DNA from: an uncultured delta proteobacterium
Lineage (GTDB): Bacteria > Desulfobacterota > Binatia > UBA9968
Assembly: GCA_963840855.1 (NCBI GenBank)
Contig: CAWJBB010000002.1
Location: 88,837 to 152,836, forward strand
Reading direction: 5' to 3'
Length of the DNA stretch: 64,000 nt
Shown here: one piece after another, positions 38,774 through 48,723 of the stretch
Layout: every line of letters starts with the position of its first letter
Position numbering within the stretch: the stretch's first letter is position 1
Position numbers and translations under genes: made by a program
The notes under the pieces: generated by a model
Seen by the model: the letters and a program-made list of their open reading frames with translations, nothing else
Told to the model about the DNA's origin: nothing
Database searches by the model: none

Positions 38774-39940
38774 ATGAGTAAGACGAAGACCGTTACTTGG
38801 CATCTTCCCTTGTGGATCATTATCATGTTCCTGAGCCCGCCACTTTTAGAGCTGTCAGAAACAGCCGCCGCAGCCGAGGCGGCAAGACCGTCTCCATCGC
38901 GTTGGGAAGATGTCGTCAAAGCGGCGGAGAAGGAAGGCGAGGTTACGGTTTACGCGACCAACTCCGTCGGCGACCTGCAAGTGATCTGGGACGCGTTCAA
39001 GAAGAAATTTCCCAAGATCAAACTGAACTCGGTCGGCATCAGCACGACCAGCGAGATCGTTACCAAAATCATGGCGGAGCGGCGCGCGGGCCAGTTTTTA
39101 GTCGACGCCATGCTCGGCGCGCCGGGCGCGACCTACAATAGTTTTTACCGCGGCAAGACCCTCGATCCTTTGCCGCCGGCGTTGGTGCTGCCCGAAGTGA
39201 CCGATCTCTCCAAGTGGTGGAAGGGTAAGCACCGCTACGTCGATCCCGAGGGCCAGTACGTCTTCGTCTATCAGAGCACGCTCTATGGGCCGCCGTTTTA
39301 CACCAATACCAAGTTGGTCAATCTGGAGTCGGTCCGCTCCGTGTGGGACCTGCTCGATCCCAAGTGGAAGGGAAAGACGGTCGCGCTATGGCCGCGCCCC
39401 AACTACGTCTCGACGGCGTTGCTCTTCATGTATCACCATCCGCAAGTCGGACCAAAATTTCTCGAACGGCTTTACGGCGGCGAGATGGACCTCACCTATT
39501 TCAGCGATTTTCGCCAGGGCACCGATTGGCTGGCATCGGGCAAATATCTGATTTGTGTTCTCTGCCGGCTCAGGCGCGCAGTGGAACAGGGACTTCCCGT
39601 GGCGGAGGTGAATCCCTATCATTTCAAAGAAGCGCCGGGGATCGGCTCGAATAACGGCGCGATCGTCTTGATGAACAATCAACCGCACCCCAACGCCGCC
39701 AAGGTTTTTATCAACTGGTATTTGTCGCGGGAAGGCCAAATCGCGTTTCGACAGGCGAACAATACGCAGGAAGACGAGACCACGACTTCGATGCGCGAAG
39801 ATTTGCCAGCGAACGTCGTGCCGGAGGCGGCGCGGCGACGCAAGGACGTCGACTACATCGAAATCAGCCGGCACGACTGGATGGAGTGGAAGCCGGTGGG
39901 CGAATTGATCACCGCCGCCCGACAGAAGTCGGGAAAGTGA
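38774..39940 (+). CDS. ABC-type extracellular solute-binding protein (PBP2)
   Basis: WEDVVKAAEKEG, DLLDPKWKG, PHPNAAKVFINWYLSREGQ. Confidence 0.88.
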   Translation: MSKTKTVTWHLPLWIIIMFLSPPLLELSETAAAAEAARPSPSRWEDVVKAAEKEGEVTVYATNSVGDLQVIWDAFKKKFPKIKLNSVGISTTSEIVTKIMAERRAGQFLVDAMLGAPGATYNSFYRGKTLDPLPPALVLPEVTDLSKWWKGKHRYVDPEGQYVFVYQSTLYGPPFYTNTKLVNLESVRSVWDLLDPKWKGKTVALWPRPNYVSTALLFMYHHPQVGPKFLERLYGGEMDLTYFSDFRQGTDWLASGKYLICVLCRLRRAVEQGLPVAEVNPYHFKEAPGIGSNNGAIVLMNNQPHPNAAKVFINWYLSREGQIAFRQANNTQEDETTTSMREDLPANVVPEAARRRKDVDYIEISRHDWMEWKPVGELITAARQKSGK

Positions 39941-39946
39941 AGGCGA

Positions 39947-40105
39947 TTTTGGATTTCCGATGGTTCGACATAGCTCACCACAGGTTTTGGATTTGGGATT
40001 GGGGAAGAAAAAGCCCATGAATGAAAAATCTTGGCTCCGACTTCTGAATTCTTCCTCCGACAATCTAAAATCCAAAAGCGGCCCCGCAGACCAAAATCTA
40101 AAATT
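39947..40105. repeat. TTTTGGA/TCCAAAA-type heptamer inverted repeat tract
   Basis: TTTTGGATTTCCGAT and TTTTGGATTTGGGATTG face CAATCTAAAATCCAAAA and AAAATCTAAAATTG. Confidence 0.55.
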
Positions 40106-40120
40106 GGAAGGGGGATCAAG

Positions 40121-40990
40121 ATGGCAGCAACTGAAATGGTAACCATCGAACGGATCGACCATGGAGTTATCCCGAGTAACGATCTGGGGCGGGCGCACCG
40201 CTTTTATGGAACGTTCATGGGCGGCGAGATTGATCACCTGACCAACTTGACGATCCGCGGGTTGAACAGAGAAGTGCCGCAGATCGTGTTTTACACTCTG
40301 GCTAATCACAAAGGTTGGGGTGTGGCGCTGCAAGACTTTCCCATCTCGCCCAATCCTGCGCAGCTGTTGGAAGGCGTGGTTTACGGCTTCGAAGTCGCGG
40401 CGGAAAGTCTAGCCGATGTCGCTCGCGCGGCGGAAGAGAGAAAATTGAAATTTCACGGCCCGGTCGAGTATGCGGCGCCATGCCCGATCAAAGAATCGCT
40501 CTTTGTGCTCGACCCCGACGGCAATACAATGGAGCTTTGCATTCGCCGCGATCCTGTCAGTGACAAACCGCAGGGTAAGATCGTCCCGCTCAGAAGAATC
40601 AGCCACGTGCGCGTGGAAGTGACGGATTTGGAGCAGGGGAAAAGCTGGTATCGTGATACCTTCGGTCTGACTGAAGGGAAACAAGTGCCGGGCGACGAAC
40701 AGTTCACGCTCACAGTGCCGAACACCGGTCAGTTAGTGATTCTCCACCGCGTCGATCAAGTCGCGGAGCGCAGCACCCGTGCGGTCAAAGGTCCGCATAT
40801 CGATTTTCGCATCGCGCCCGAGCTGTACCCGCCGATTCTCGAAAAGTTCAATCGTAAAGAATACTACTGGGGACCGGACCCGACGAAAATACCATGGCAT
40901 GAACAGGGCGGCCATACGGTGTACGGTTACGATCCGTTCGGCAACCGCATTCAGATTGGCCATCGGTTCGAACGAAGCGCCGGACATTAG
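40121..40990 (+). CDS. VOC (glyoxalase/extradiol dioxygenase) family protein, two domains
   Basis: RIDHGVI..DL, LDPDGNTMEL, ISHVRVEVTDL, YDPFGNRIQI. Confidence 0.88.
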   Translation: MAATEMVTIERIDHGVIPSNDLGRAHRFYGTFMGGEIDHLTNLTIRGLNREVPQIVFYTLANHKGWGVALQDFPISPNPAQLLEGVVYGFEVAAESLADVARAAEERKLKFHGPVEYAAPCPIKESLFVLDPDGNTMELCIRRDPVSDKPQGKIVPLRRISHVRVEVTDLEQGKSWYRDTFGLTEGKQVPGDEQFTLTVPNTGQLVILHRVDQVAERSTRAVKGPHIDFRIAPELYPPILEKFNRKEYYWGPDPTKIPWHEQGGHTVYGYDPFGNRIQIGHRFERSAGH

Positions 40991-41098
40991 TGTGAACGTC
41001 TTAAACAGCTGGAACGATCATTTGGGTTCCAATAGTTCCAAACGTTCCAGTCGTTCAAATAGTTGGACACGGGAAAACCCGAAACTCTGAGGCAAGAA

Positions 41099-42283
41099 AT
41101 GATACCACAACTATCCATTCAAGAACGTGATCGCCGTTACAGAATCGTCCGCGCGGAGATGGCGAAGCGCGGCATCGATTGTTTGGTCTTGCCGGCCAAC
41201 ACGGGACGGTGGGAGCAAATGCAGGGCGACTCCCGCTATCTAACTTCCATTGGTGGTTTCGCGACCGAAGTGTTCACCGTGTTTCCGTTGATGGGGGAAG
41301 TCACGGCTTACATTTTCAATCGCGCGGGGTGGTGGAAGCAAGCGCAGAAATGGGTCTCCGACGTCCGCGATGGCCGTAACCGTTGGAGCGAGAACGCCAT
41401 CGAGCGCATCAAGGAGCTGGGGTATGAAAAGGGCACGATAGGAATCTCCGGGCTTGCGGGCCTCGTTCGCGCGCCGGAGGGAATCATTCCCTATTCATCG
41501 GTCAAAGCGATTCAAGACACTTTCCCGCAGGCTAAGCTTGTCAACGCCACGGAGATGATGCAGGAAATTCGTGCCGTCAAAAGTCCGGAAGAAGTCTCGT
41601 TTCTCGAGCGTTCCGCGGCAATCATCGAAAAGGCCATTGAAGCGATGAAGGAAACCGCCAAGCCTGGTGTGAGCGAGAAGGAACTCTATGGCACGATGAT
41701 GCATGCGATGCTTTCAAACGGCGGCGAATTGCCGACGCTGTTTTTTCTCAGCGCCGGGCCGGGACTCACCAACAGCTCCTTCGTTCCGACGGATTATCAA
41801 ATCCAGAAAGGCGACCGTATCGTCAATGAGATTGAAGCCAAGTACGGCGGCTACGCGGCGCAGGCCGTGAGCCCCGCGGTGGTGGGCGTGCCGGACGCGG
41901 AGTATCAAACAATGATCGACATCTCGCGCGTCTGTTTCGACGCTATTCTCGGCTCAATGAAACCGGGGGCTACCTTCGGAACGCTGTTCGATATCTATAC
42001 TCGAACCGTCGAAGGTCAGAGCAGGGGCAAATATTCATGGAGTCATCCGATGATGCACGCCCGTGGCCTTGGCGACGACGGGCCGGCATTGATGGGCAAT
42101 GAAGATTTGGAGCGTTTCTCCAAGATCGAGCTCCAGACCGGCATGACTTTCATTCTCAAACCGCAAGTCCGGACGGTGCAAGGGAAGGGGCGCGCGAGCA
42201 TCGGTGACACTGTGACGGTCACCGACGACGGCGCACGCCGTCTCGGCAAGCGCGTGCTGAAATTGATCGTGATGAATGTTTGA
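41099..42283 (+). CDS. M24 (Xaa-Pro peptidase/creatinase) fold protein with non-canonical metal site
   Basis: Creatinase-N domain, IRAVKSPEE, EIEAKYGGY, MHARGLGDDGP, IGDTVTVT. Confidence 0.85.
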   Translation: MIPQLSIQERDRRYRIVRAEMAKRGIDCLVLPANTGRWEQMQGDSRYLTSIGGFATEVFTVFPLMGEVTAYIFNRAGWWKQAQKWVSDVRDGRNRWSENAIERIKELGYEKGTIGISGLAGLVRAPEGIIPYSSVKAIQDTFPQAKLVNATEMMQEIRAVKSPEEVSFLERSAAIIEKAIEAMKETAKPGVSEKELYGTMMHAMLSNGGELPTLFFLSAGPGLTNSSFVPTDYQIQKGDRIVNEIEAKYGGYAAQAVSPAVVGVPDAEYQTMIDISRVCFDAILGSMKPGATFGTLFDIYTRTVEGQSRGKYSWSHPMMHARGLGDDGPALMGNEDLERFSKIELQTGMTFILKPQVRTVQGKGRASIGDTVTVTDDGARRLGKRVLKLIVMNV

Positions 42284-42436
42284 CCGCAAAGCGCCAAGCG
42301 CAGCACAGCCGCAATCAAAGGGAAGAAGAAATTTAACCACAAAGAGCACATAGGAAAAAATGTAGGGGCAGCCCTATGTGGCTGCCCGGAGCGGGTGTCG
42401 GAGGGGAGGATTTAACCGCAAAGAACGCGCAGCATT

Positions 42437-42547
42437 GTAGCCTGGATGGCGCGAAGCGGAATCCAGGAAAGTGGCGTGGGGCGTGGCAGAGACAGCGGCG
42501 TGCGTAAATGAAGAAACCCGGATTACGCTTTGCTCCATCCGGGCTAC
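42437..42547. repeat. GTAG-type REP doublet (REPIN) within a composite repeat intergenic region
   Basis: GTAGCCTGGATGG..AATCCAGG and inverted CCCGGATT..CCATCCGGGCTAC; homologous to 62287-62358. Confidence 0.8.
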
Positions 42548-42627
42548 GAAGGGGATCCTCCATTTTCATTTTCTGTGGGCGAGCGGAAGGCGTGCCTTCG
42601 TGGTGAGATTGAATTTAAAATAGAGTA

Positions 42628-43851
42628 ATGCAAATGGCTGAACTTTACCCTTATCCGCGTTTTTCAATTGCCGAGCGCGACCGCCGCTGGAAGGCGGTGC
42701 GCCAGTTGATGCGGCAAAACAATATCGACGTCATCGTCACGCCGCAGAACAGCGGCCACTCGGCTGACTATCAAGCCAACACGCGCTATCTCACGCACTG
42801 CGGCGGCGGTGAGCCCGACCTCGCCGCGGTGTTCCCGCTCGAAGGGGAGGTGACGGCCATCGCCACATCGGCGGCGCCGCGTTGGCCGACGGTGCAGGAC
42901 TGGGTTACGGACGTGCGCGAGGCGCGGCGCAACTACGGCCGTGTCATCGTCGAGCGGCTCAAGGAACTGAACATCGAGCGCGGCCGCATCGGCATTACGG
43001 GGCTTGGCGAAGTCGAGGGCACGCGCACGCCCGAAGGCACGATCTTCTACGGCACCTGGAAGCAGATCCGCGAGGCGTTTCCGCATGCCGAGTTGATGGA
43101 CGCCACGGCTATTCTCGATGAAGTTCGCTACGTGAAGAGCGATGAAGAAATCGGCGCTTTGGCCAGGTCGATGGACATCAATGAGATCGCTATTCGGGCA
43201 GAAATCGAGGCAGCCAAGGTCGGCGTCAAAGATTGGGAAGTTTGGGCCGCGGTGCACTACGCCATGACCCGCAATGGTTCCGAGCTGCCGATCCATTGTT
43301 TCTGGGTATCCGGCAAGAATCCCAAGCGCACGCTGACGCGGCCGAGCATGCGGCTGCTCGAAAGGGGCGATGTCATTATTAATGAATTAGAAGCGTCCTG
43401 GATCGGTTATCGCGCCCAGGGGGTGCAACCCGTATTCGTCGAAGTGATCGATCCGATTCAGGCCGAGCTGATCAATGTGCAAAGAGAGATATTCAATCGA
43501 GTGGTTGAAAGCCTGAAGCCTGATATTACTGTCGGTGAGTTGGCCGAGCTAACCAAGAGAACGGCGGAAAGCGCGGCGCCGAAATCGGGTCCAGCGGCGG
43601 GCGCCCGCGGCGATCTCAACATGCACGGACGCGGCCAAGGTGACGACGGTCCGATCATCACGCCGCACGCCAAGAGTCCACGCCAGCTAGCCGTCGAGAT
43701 GCGCGAGAATATGGTATTCATTTGCAAACCCGCGGCGGTTTCCGCAGACGGGGAGTATATCTGCCAATGGGGCGATACCGTCGTGGTAACGAAGAACGGC
43801 GGGCGGCGGCTCGGAAAGAGGCCGCATGCACTAGCGGTTGCCGGAGCATAA
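42628..43851 (+). CDS. M24 (Xaa-Pro peptidase/creatinase) fold protein with non-canonical metal site
   Basis: ERDRRW, VRYVKSDEEI, NELEASWIGY, MHGRGQGDDGP, WGDTVVVT; paralog of 41099. Confidence 0.85.
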   Translation: MQMAELYPYPRFSIAERDRRWKAVRQLMRQNNIDVIVTPQNSGHSADYQANTRYLTHCGGGEPDLAAVFPLEGEVTAIATSAAPRWPTVQDWVTDVREARRNYGRVIVERLKELNIERGRIGITGLGEVEGTRTPEGTIFYGTWKQIREAFPHAELMDATAILDEVRYVKSDEEIGALARSMDINEIAIRAEIEAAKVGVKDWEVWAAVHYAMTRNGSELPIHCFWVSGKNPKRTLTRPSMRLLERGDVIINELEASWIGYRAQGVQPVFVEVIDPIQAELINVQREIFNRVVESLKPDITVGELAELTKRTAESAAPKSGPAAGARGDLNMHGRGQGDDGPIITPHAKSPRQLAVEMRENMVFICKPAAVSADGEYICQWGDTVVVTKNGGRRLGKRPHALAVAGA

Positions 43852-43957
43852 AATCCGTTCAAGGTTCAAAGTTCAAGGTTCAACGTAGGATGCTCGGATA
43901 CAAATTCGCGCGTTCTTATCGTAGATGACGGTGACAGCAATTTTGAAAGTGAAATGA

Positions 43958-44923
43958 ATGATGCCGTTACTTCTTAGCCGTGACGAACTAAGACCGCTGC
44001 TCGATCTCGATAAGGCTATCGAGTTGATCGAGGAGGCGCACAGGCAACAAGTAAACGGACGCATTGTTCCTCACGCGCCGTTTCATATACCCGTTGGCGC
44101 GAATAAGGGGCTGCGGGTGGTGTCGGGGGCTACGCTCAACTCGCGCCGGGTGGGGGTGCGGCTCGGTCCCAGCAGTGGTTTGGGTGGCGGTGATAAAATG
44201 TACGCGCTGCTGTTCGACGCTGATACGGGCGAGTTGTTGTCGTTCATGGGCTTTCCGTTTGGAACGTTGCGAACCGCGGCCGTGGTCGCCATCGCCGCCA
44301 AGCATATGGCGCGGGAAGATTCAAAATGGCTGGGTCTGTTCGGTGTCGGAAGAAACGCTTTTGGAATTCTCAAGGGATTGCTTTCCGTCCGTCCCATCAA
44401 AGAAATATTTGTTTCGAGCCGCGACCCCCAGCGACGCAAACAATTCTGCGAGGAAGGGGAGCAACTGCTGGGCGTTACGGTGCGCGGGGTGGATAGCGCG
44501 GAGCAAGCGGTGCGCGGGATGGATGTCGTGCTCACGGCGACCAATTCGTTGACGCCAATATTTCCGGAAGATTGGGTCGAGCCGGGGACTCATGTTAGCA
44601 GCATGGGCAAGCCGACGGAATTGAGCCGCGGGCTGCATCTAAGAGCCCAGCGCATCGTGGTCGGCAGCCAGGAACAGGAACGGAACTATAACGACAAATC
44701 GGCGGCGCTGCCGCTGGTAGAATTAATTGCGGAGGGAAAACTATCCTGGAGCCGAATTCCGGAATTGGGCGAGCTTGTTGCCGGCTTGGTACCCGGACGC
44801 GAAAGCCGTGACGAGATAAATATTTTTCGCGAGTCGCAGGGCGGATATGGGGACATAGTATTTGCGGCGTGGCTCTACGAAGAGGCGGTTCGGCGCGGAC
44901 TTGGCAAGCTGATTGAACTATAA
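43958..44923 (+). CDS. Ornithine cyclodeaminase/mu-crystallin family protein
   Basis: LLFDADTG, LRTAAV, LFGVGRNA, ELGELVAG..GRES, IFRESQGG; paralog of 37802. Confidence 0.87.
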   Translation: MMPLLLSRDELRPLLDLDKAIELIEEAHRQQVNGRIVPHAPFHIPVGANKGLRVVSGATLNSRRVGVRLGPSSGLGGGDKMYALLFDADTGELLSFMGFPFGTLRTAAVVAIAAKHMAREDSKWLGLFGVGRNAFGILKGLLSVRPIKEIFVSSRDPQRRKQFCEEGEQLLGVTVRGVDSAEQAVRGMDVVLTATNSLTPIFPEDWVEPGTHVSSMGKPTELSRGLHLRAQRIVVGSQEQERNYNDKSAALPLVELIAEGKLSWSRIPELGELVAGLVPGRESRDEINIFRESQGGYGDIVFAAWLYEEAVRRGLGKLIEL

Positions 44924-44994
44924 AAAAAAACCGATAATAGTTCAAACCGTTCAAAACGAGGAGTTCAGGGTTCAACGTTCAATGTTCAAGGTTT

Positions 44995-45369
44995 GAATTT
45001 CTCGGCTCCATCAACTGGGTGCGCGGGAAGCTGCTTGACCAGCATCGCGTTAAGAGGGAGATTGGGCCGCTCATGGTCGAGAGTGATAATGGGCACATGG
45101 GCCCCGTCGTCGTCGGTATCCCGCCCGAAGACATTAAACTGGCGGCGTCTTCCACTGGAGGCGAAAATCGGTTAGAGGGGAAGGTGTTGAGTTCGGCGTT
45201 CTTGGGCGACCAGGTGATCGCTGAGGTCAAGATCAACGAGACGACGTTGACCGTGAAAGCCATACCCGACGATCAAAAGAGGGTGGAAAAGGTATCCGTG
45301 CATTTTCCCAAAGAACGGATCGTCGTCTTTCCCGTGAGTGCGCCGGTACGGGAAGCAGCGTTACAGTGA
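44995..45369 (+). pseudogene. C-terminal TOBE-domain remnant of an ABC transporter ATPase
   Basis: NFLGSINW...VGIPPEDI..ENRLEGKV..AFLGD; begins right after a GTTCAA repeat tract; no Walker motifs. Confidence 0.7.
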
Positions 45370-45412
45370 AACAACGAGCCAAACTGAAATCCATCAAAAG
45401 GAGGGTAAAACC

Positions 45413-46228
45413 ATGGGCGCTGACGGTAACGTAAGACATTTGGATCACTTCGTCGTAGCGGTAATGGACGCCGATCGAGGCGAGAAATTCTACACAGAAG
45501 TTCTCGGCGCAAGAACTTTGCGGCGGGACGTAACGCCCAACATGACGCGAGTATTCATGAAGTTGGGTGAAAACCACGTCGGGCTCTTCACCCAGGGAAA
45601 AGCCACGTTGCCCAAACGCGAGAGCGCTAACTCCTATCCGCGCCATTCGTTTCTGGTGCCTGAGGCCGAGTACGATTCGACGGCGGCAAAAATCCGTAAG
45701 GCGAGTTCCTTCGTCAAAGATATCCAGAACGAAGGCGGCTTGGGTTGTGTGTGGAACGAAGGCCTGGTGTTTCAGGATAGCGAAGGAAATTTTCTTGAGA
45801 TCACGAAGGCGAACGGCATCGGCAAGACGAAGGTCGATCATCTTCATTTCGATACAACCGATTTGAACGCCAGCGTGGAGTTCTACAAACGCTTCCTCAA
45901 CTGCGCAGTGCGCGAACAGAAGAATGGCATGGCCGCCGTCGCCTTCCCCTCGGGGCAGTGCGTGATTTTGAATCAAGTCAACGAACTAAGCGAGGTCACG
46001 AAAACGACGTATCGCGGGCGGCACTTCGCCTTTACGGTGACCGACGACAACTTCAACACCATCGTCGACAAGCTGCACGCGGCGGGCATCGAGGAGCGCG
46101 ACGAGCATGGTGAGCGGGAAGGACGGAGGCCGGGACAGCTGGGCACCTATTTCAAGGAACCGAGCGGCTTCCGCTTGCAAATCACCAACGAGGATTCCGC
46201 GACGTTTGCGTTGCACGCCAACGACTGA
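45413..46228 (+). CDS. VOC family protein, two domains
   Basis: AGGAGG RBS; HLDHFVVAV, FYTEVLG, FQDSEGNFLEI, VDHLHF, YFKEPSG. Confidence 0.88.
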   Translation: MGADGNVRHLDHFVVAVMDADRGEKFYTEVLGARTLRRDVTPNMTRVFMKLGENHVGLFTQGKATLPKRESANSYPRHSFLVPEAEYDSTAAKIRKASSFVKDIQNEGGLGCVWNEGLVFQDSEGNFLEITKANGIGKTKVDHLHFDTTDLNASVEFYKRFLNCAVREQKNGMAAVAFPSGQCVILNQVNELSEVTKTTYRGRHFAFTVTDDNFNTIVDKLHAAGIEERDEHGEREGRRPGQLGTYFKEPSGFRLQITNEDSATFALHAND

Positions 46229-46306
46229 TGCGCTTGTTAAACGCGACGAATTGTTACCACGAAGGACCTAGCGCGGCAGAGCGGCAACCAATTAGAAATG
46301 GATATT

Positions 46307-46386
46307 TCACCACGAAGGCACGAAGGACACGAAGCGATCGGATAATTATTTTCTTAAACTTCGTGCTCTTCGTGCCTTCGTGGTGA
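46307..46386. repeat. CACGAAG-reiterated palindromic element
   Basis: TCACCACGAAGGCACGAAG...CTTCGTGCCTTCGTGGTGA; second copy at 60423-60503, half copy near 42592-42606. Confidence 0.8.
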
Positions 46387-46448
46387 GTCCGTATTGTCCT
46401 GTCAAATCGTCAATTTAGGATGCTATATCCTGATTGCAGAGGAGTGGT

Positions 46449-47237
46449 ATGCCCTACAGTATCAGAAACGGCGTCAAGACGTACTACGAAGTCTCCGGCG
46501 AGGGATTTCCCCTTGTGCTCATGCACGCCAACCCGTTTGACCGGCGCATGTTTCTCTATCAGGTCGCGCACTTCTCCACATTCTTCAAAATCATCAACAT
46601 CGATCTGCGCGGGTACGGTTATTCCGACAAACCGGCGACTTCAATCACCGTGACGGACTTGTGCGAAGACGTGGTTGCCGTATGCCGCCAGGAAGGCGCG
46701 CGCGAAGCCGTATTCCTCGGCGTGAGCGTCGGCGGCGTGATGGGACTTGAGCTTGGACTCAATCATCCGGAGATTTTCAAGGCGCTCGTTCTCATCGGCT
46801 GCAGCAGCCAGCCGGGCGATCGATATCAGAGCCGCATCGACGGTTACATGAAACAGGGCGTGCCGGCGTTTCACATTCAACATCTGTCTGATCTCGTTAG
46901 CAAAAACTTTCCGCAGACGAAAATCGGCAAATACTTGCTGGGGATGCACACTGAGATGGATTCACGGCTGAGCGCCCCGGCCATCGCCGAAATCTTTCAC
47001 GCGCTGCAGAACCGCGATTTTACGTTGCGATTGCCAGAACTCAAGATGCCGGTGATCGTTATCAACGGCGAATTCGATAATTCGCTGGCGCGCAGCCGGG
47101 AGATGGCTAAGAAAATTGCCGGCGCCGAGCATCACTTTATCTCCGGCGCCGGTCATGCGTGCTGTCTCGAAGACCCGGCGGCGTTCGATGAGATTGTCTT
47201 TTCATTCTTAAAAAAGCACGAATTTGTTCGGCGCTGA
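46449..47237 (+). CDS. Alpha/beta fold hydrolase
   Basis: DLRGYGYSD, GVSVGG, NGEFD, AGHACCLE. Confidence 0.9.
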   Translation: MPYSIRNGVKTYYEVSGEGFPLVLMHANPFDRRMFLYQVAHFSTFFKIINIDLRGYGYSDKPATSITVTDLCEDVVAVCRQEGAREAVFLGVSVGGVMGLELGLNHPEIFKALVLIGCSSQPGDRYQSRIDGYMKQGVPAFHIQHLSDLVSKNFPQTKIGKYLLGMHTEMDSRLSAPAIAEIFHALQNRDFTLRLPELKMPVIVINGEFDNSLARSREMAKKIAGAEHHFISGAGHACCLEDPAAFDEIVFSFLKKHEFVRR

Positions 47238-47313
47238 CGTTTTTCTAACGATTCTGAATCGCGACGATTGTGAAACGCCGATTGACAGCCATGCCGATTT
47301 TGCCCTATTTTAC

Positions 47314-47464
47314 CCTCCTTCGCAGAAAGCCACAGGTGTCAACCCGTGGATGAATGCGAGGTGGGTACCCTCCGTAGCCTTGGCGCAGGAGGGTACGCTT
47401 CGGAGGGTTCCGCCCTGCCAATCTTGTGGAGAGGTGCCACGGCCGTAAAGCCGTGGGGCTCCAC
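47314..47464 (+). mobile_element. Miniature non-autonomous IS200/IS605-type element (PATE-like), copy B
   Basis: TTAC (47310-47313), 12 nt, AAAG, imperfect hairpin. Right end: GGTG, hairpin CCACGGC-cgtaaa-GCCGTGG, GGCT, CCAC. Confidence 0.75.
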
Positions 47465-47487
47465 GCAGCGACCATGAAGGAGAGTTT

Positions 47488-48528
47488 ATGAAAAGGACAT
47501 TTTTCTGCGTATCGATGCTGATCGGGTTTGCCTTTCTTGCTAGCCTTTCGCATGCTGCCTCCGATGAGTTTTTCAAAGGCAAATCAATCAGGTTTGTGGT
47601 GGGAAACACGGCGGGCGGAGCACAGGACGATTGGGCGCGCTTTCTGGCGCAGCATTTCGGTAGAAACATTCCCGGAACACCCGATATCATAGTGCAAAAC
47701 ATGGGGGGAGCTGGAGGAATAATCGCGGCGAACTATGTCTACAACGTCGCCAAGCCAGATGGGTTAACCCTCGGCTTCGTCAATCCGGCCATTTATATTG
47801 ATCAGCTAATTGGCGCCAAAGAAGTAAAGTTCGACTGGGCGAAGTTTTCTTGGATCGGATCACCGGAACAGATCGACCAGGTTTTGTTTATGCGCAGCGA
47901 TATGCCTTACAAGACTGTGGAGGCGCTGCGCACTGCGGCGGAGCCGCCACGGTGCGCGGCACTGGCGCGGGCCGGTCTTGGCTATTTTCTGCCAAAACTC
48001 CTTGAGGAAGGGCTCGGTGTCAAGCTCAACATGGTGCTTGGATATGGGGGCGGCGGCGAAATGAATCTGGCGATTGAAAAGGGCGAAGTGCACTGCCGCG
48101 CCGGGACAGTTTCGGCGTATGTCGGGCGGGAGCCCACTCGGACTTGGATCAAGAGCGGTTTTGTTCGCGCCTTGGTGCAAAGCGGCGAAAAACGCTACCC
48201 GAAATTGCCGGATGTTCCAACGATTTACGAGCTGATGGATGCCAACAAGACAGCCGATGAGACCAAGCGATTGGCGCGGGTGCTGCTTTCCCCCGGCGAC
48301 CTCGGCCGGCCCATTATTTCATCACCGGGGGTGCCCGCTGAGCGGATCAAGACTTTGCGGGAGGCGTTCACGAAGGCAATGAACGACCCAGAGTTAATAG
48401 CCGACGCTAACAAGCGAAAGTGGGATATGGACCCAACCAACGGCGACCGATTGGAAGCAACTGCCAAAGAAGTTATGGTTCAGCCCCGAGAAGTGATCGA
48501 AAAAGTGAAAAAAGTATTGGGGCAATGA
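47488..48528 (+). CDS. Bug/TctC substrate-binding protein
   Basis: FFKGKSI, IPGTP, QNMGGAGG, KPDGLT, LGYGGG. Confidence 0.9.
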   Translation: MKRTFFCVSMLIGFAFLASLSHAASDEFFKGKSIRFVVGNTAGGAQDDWARFLAQHFGRNIPGTPDIIVQNMGGAGGIIAANYVYNVAKPDGLTLGFVNPAIYIDQLIGAKEVKFDWAKFSWIGSPEQIDQVLFMRSDMPYKTVEALRTAAEPPRCAALARAGLGYFLPKLLEEGLGVKLNMVLGYGGGGEMNLAIEKGEVHCRAGTVSAYVGREPTRTWIKSGFVRALVQSGEKRYPKLPDVPTIYELMDANKTADETKRLARVLLSPGDLGRPIISSPGVPAERIKTLREAFTKAMNDPELIADANKRKWDMDPTNGDRLEATAKEVMVQPREVIEKVKKVLGQ

Positions 48529-48723
48529 GATTGATGCCGCTCAAGACTAACCCATTCGTCCGTTGATAGGCTCAGGGCGAATGGGTAGGGATTGATGAGG
48601 TTAGGAACTTTCCGTTCACGCTTGTCGAAGCGTGGCAAGGGGTTTTTCAGCAGAATCAATATATTTTTCTGACCTGACTTCGCTTCAACTCATGTTACGC
48701 GCGCGGCGCGAGTGTGACCCGGA

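Noticed and set aside
43857-43885. GTTCAA tandem units as a CRISPR-like array
   Set aside because: Units of 7-8 bp with no spacers and no cas genes.
48540-48660. Degenerate palindromic sequence between convergent tctC genes as an ncRNA
   Set aside because: Looks like an eroded REP-type repeat; no recognisable RNA family.
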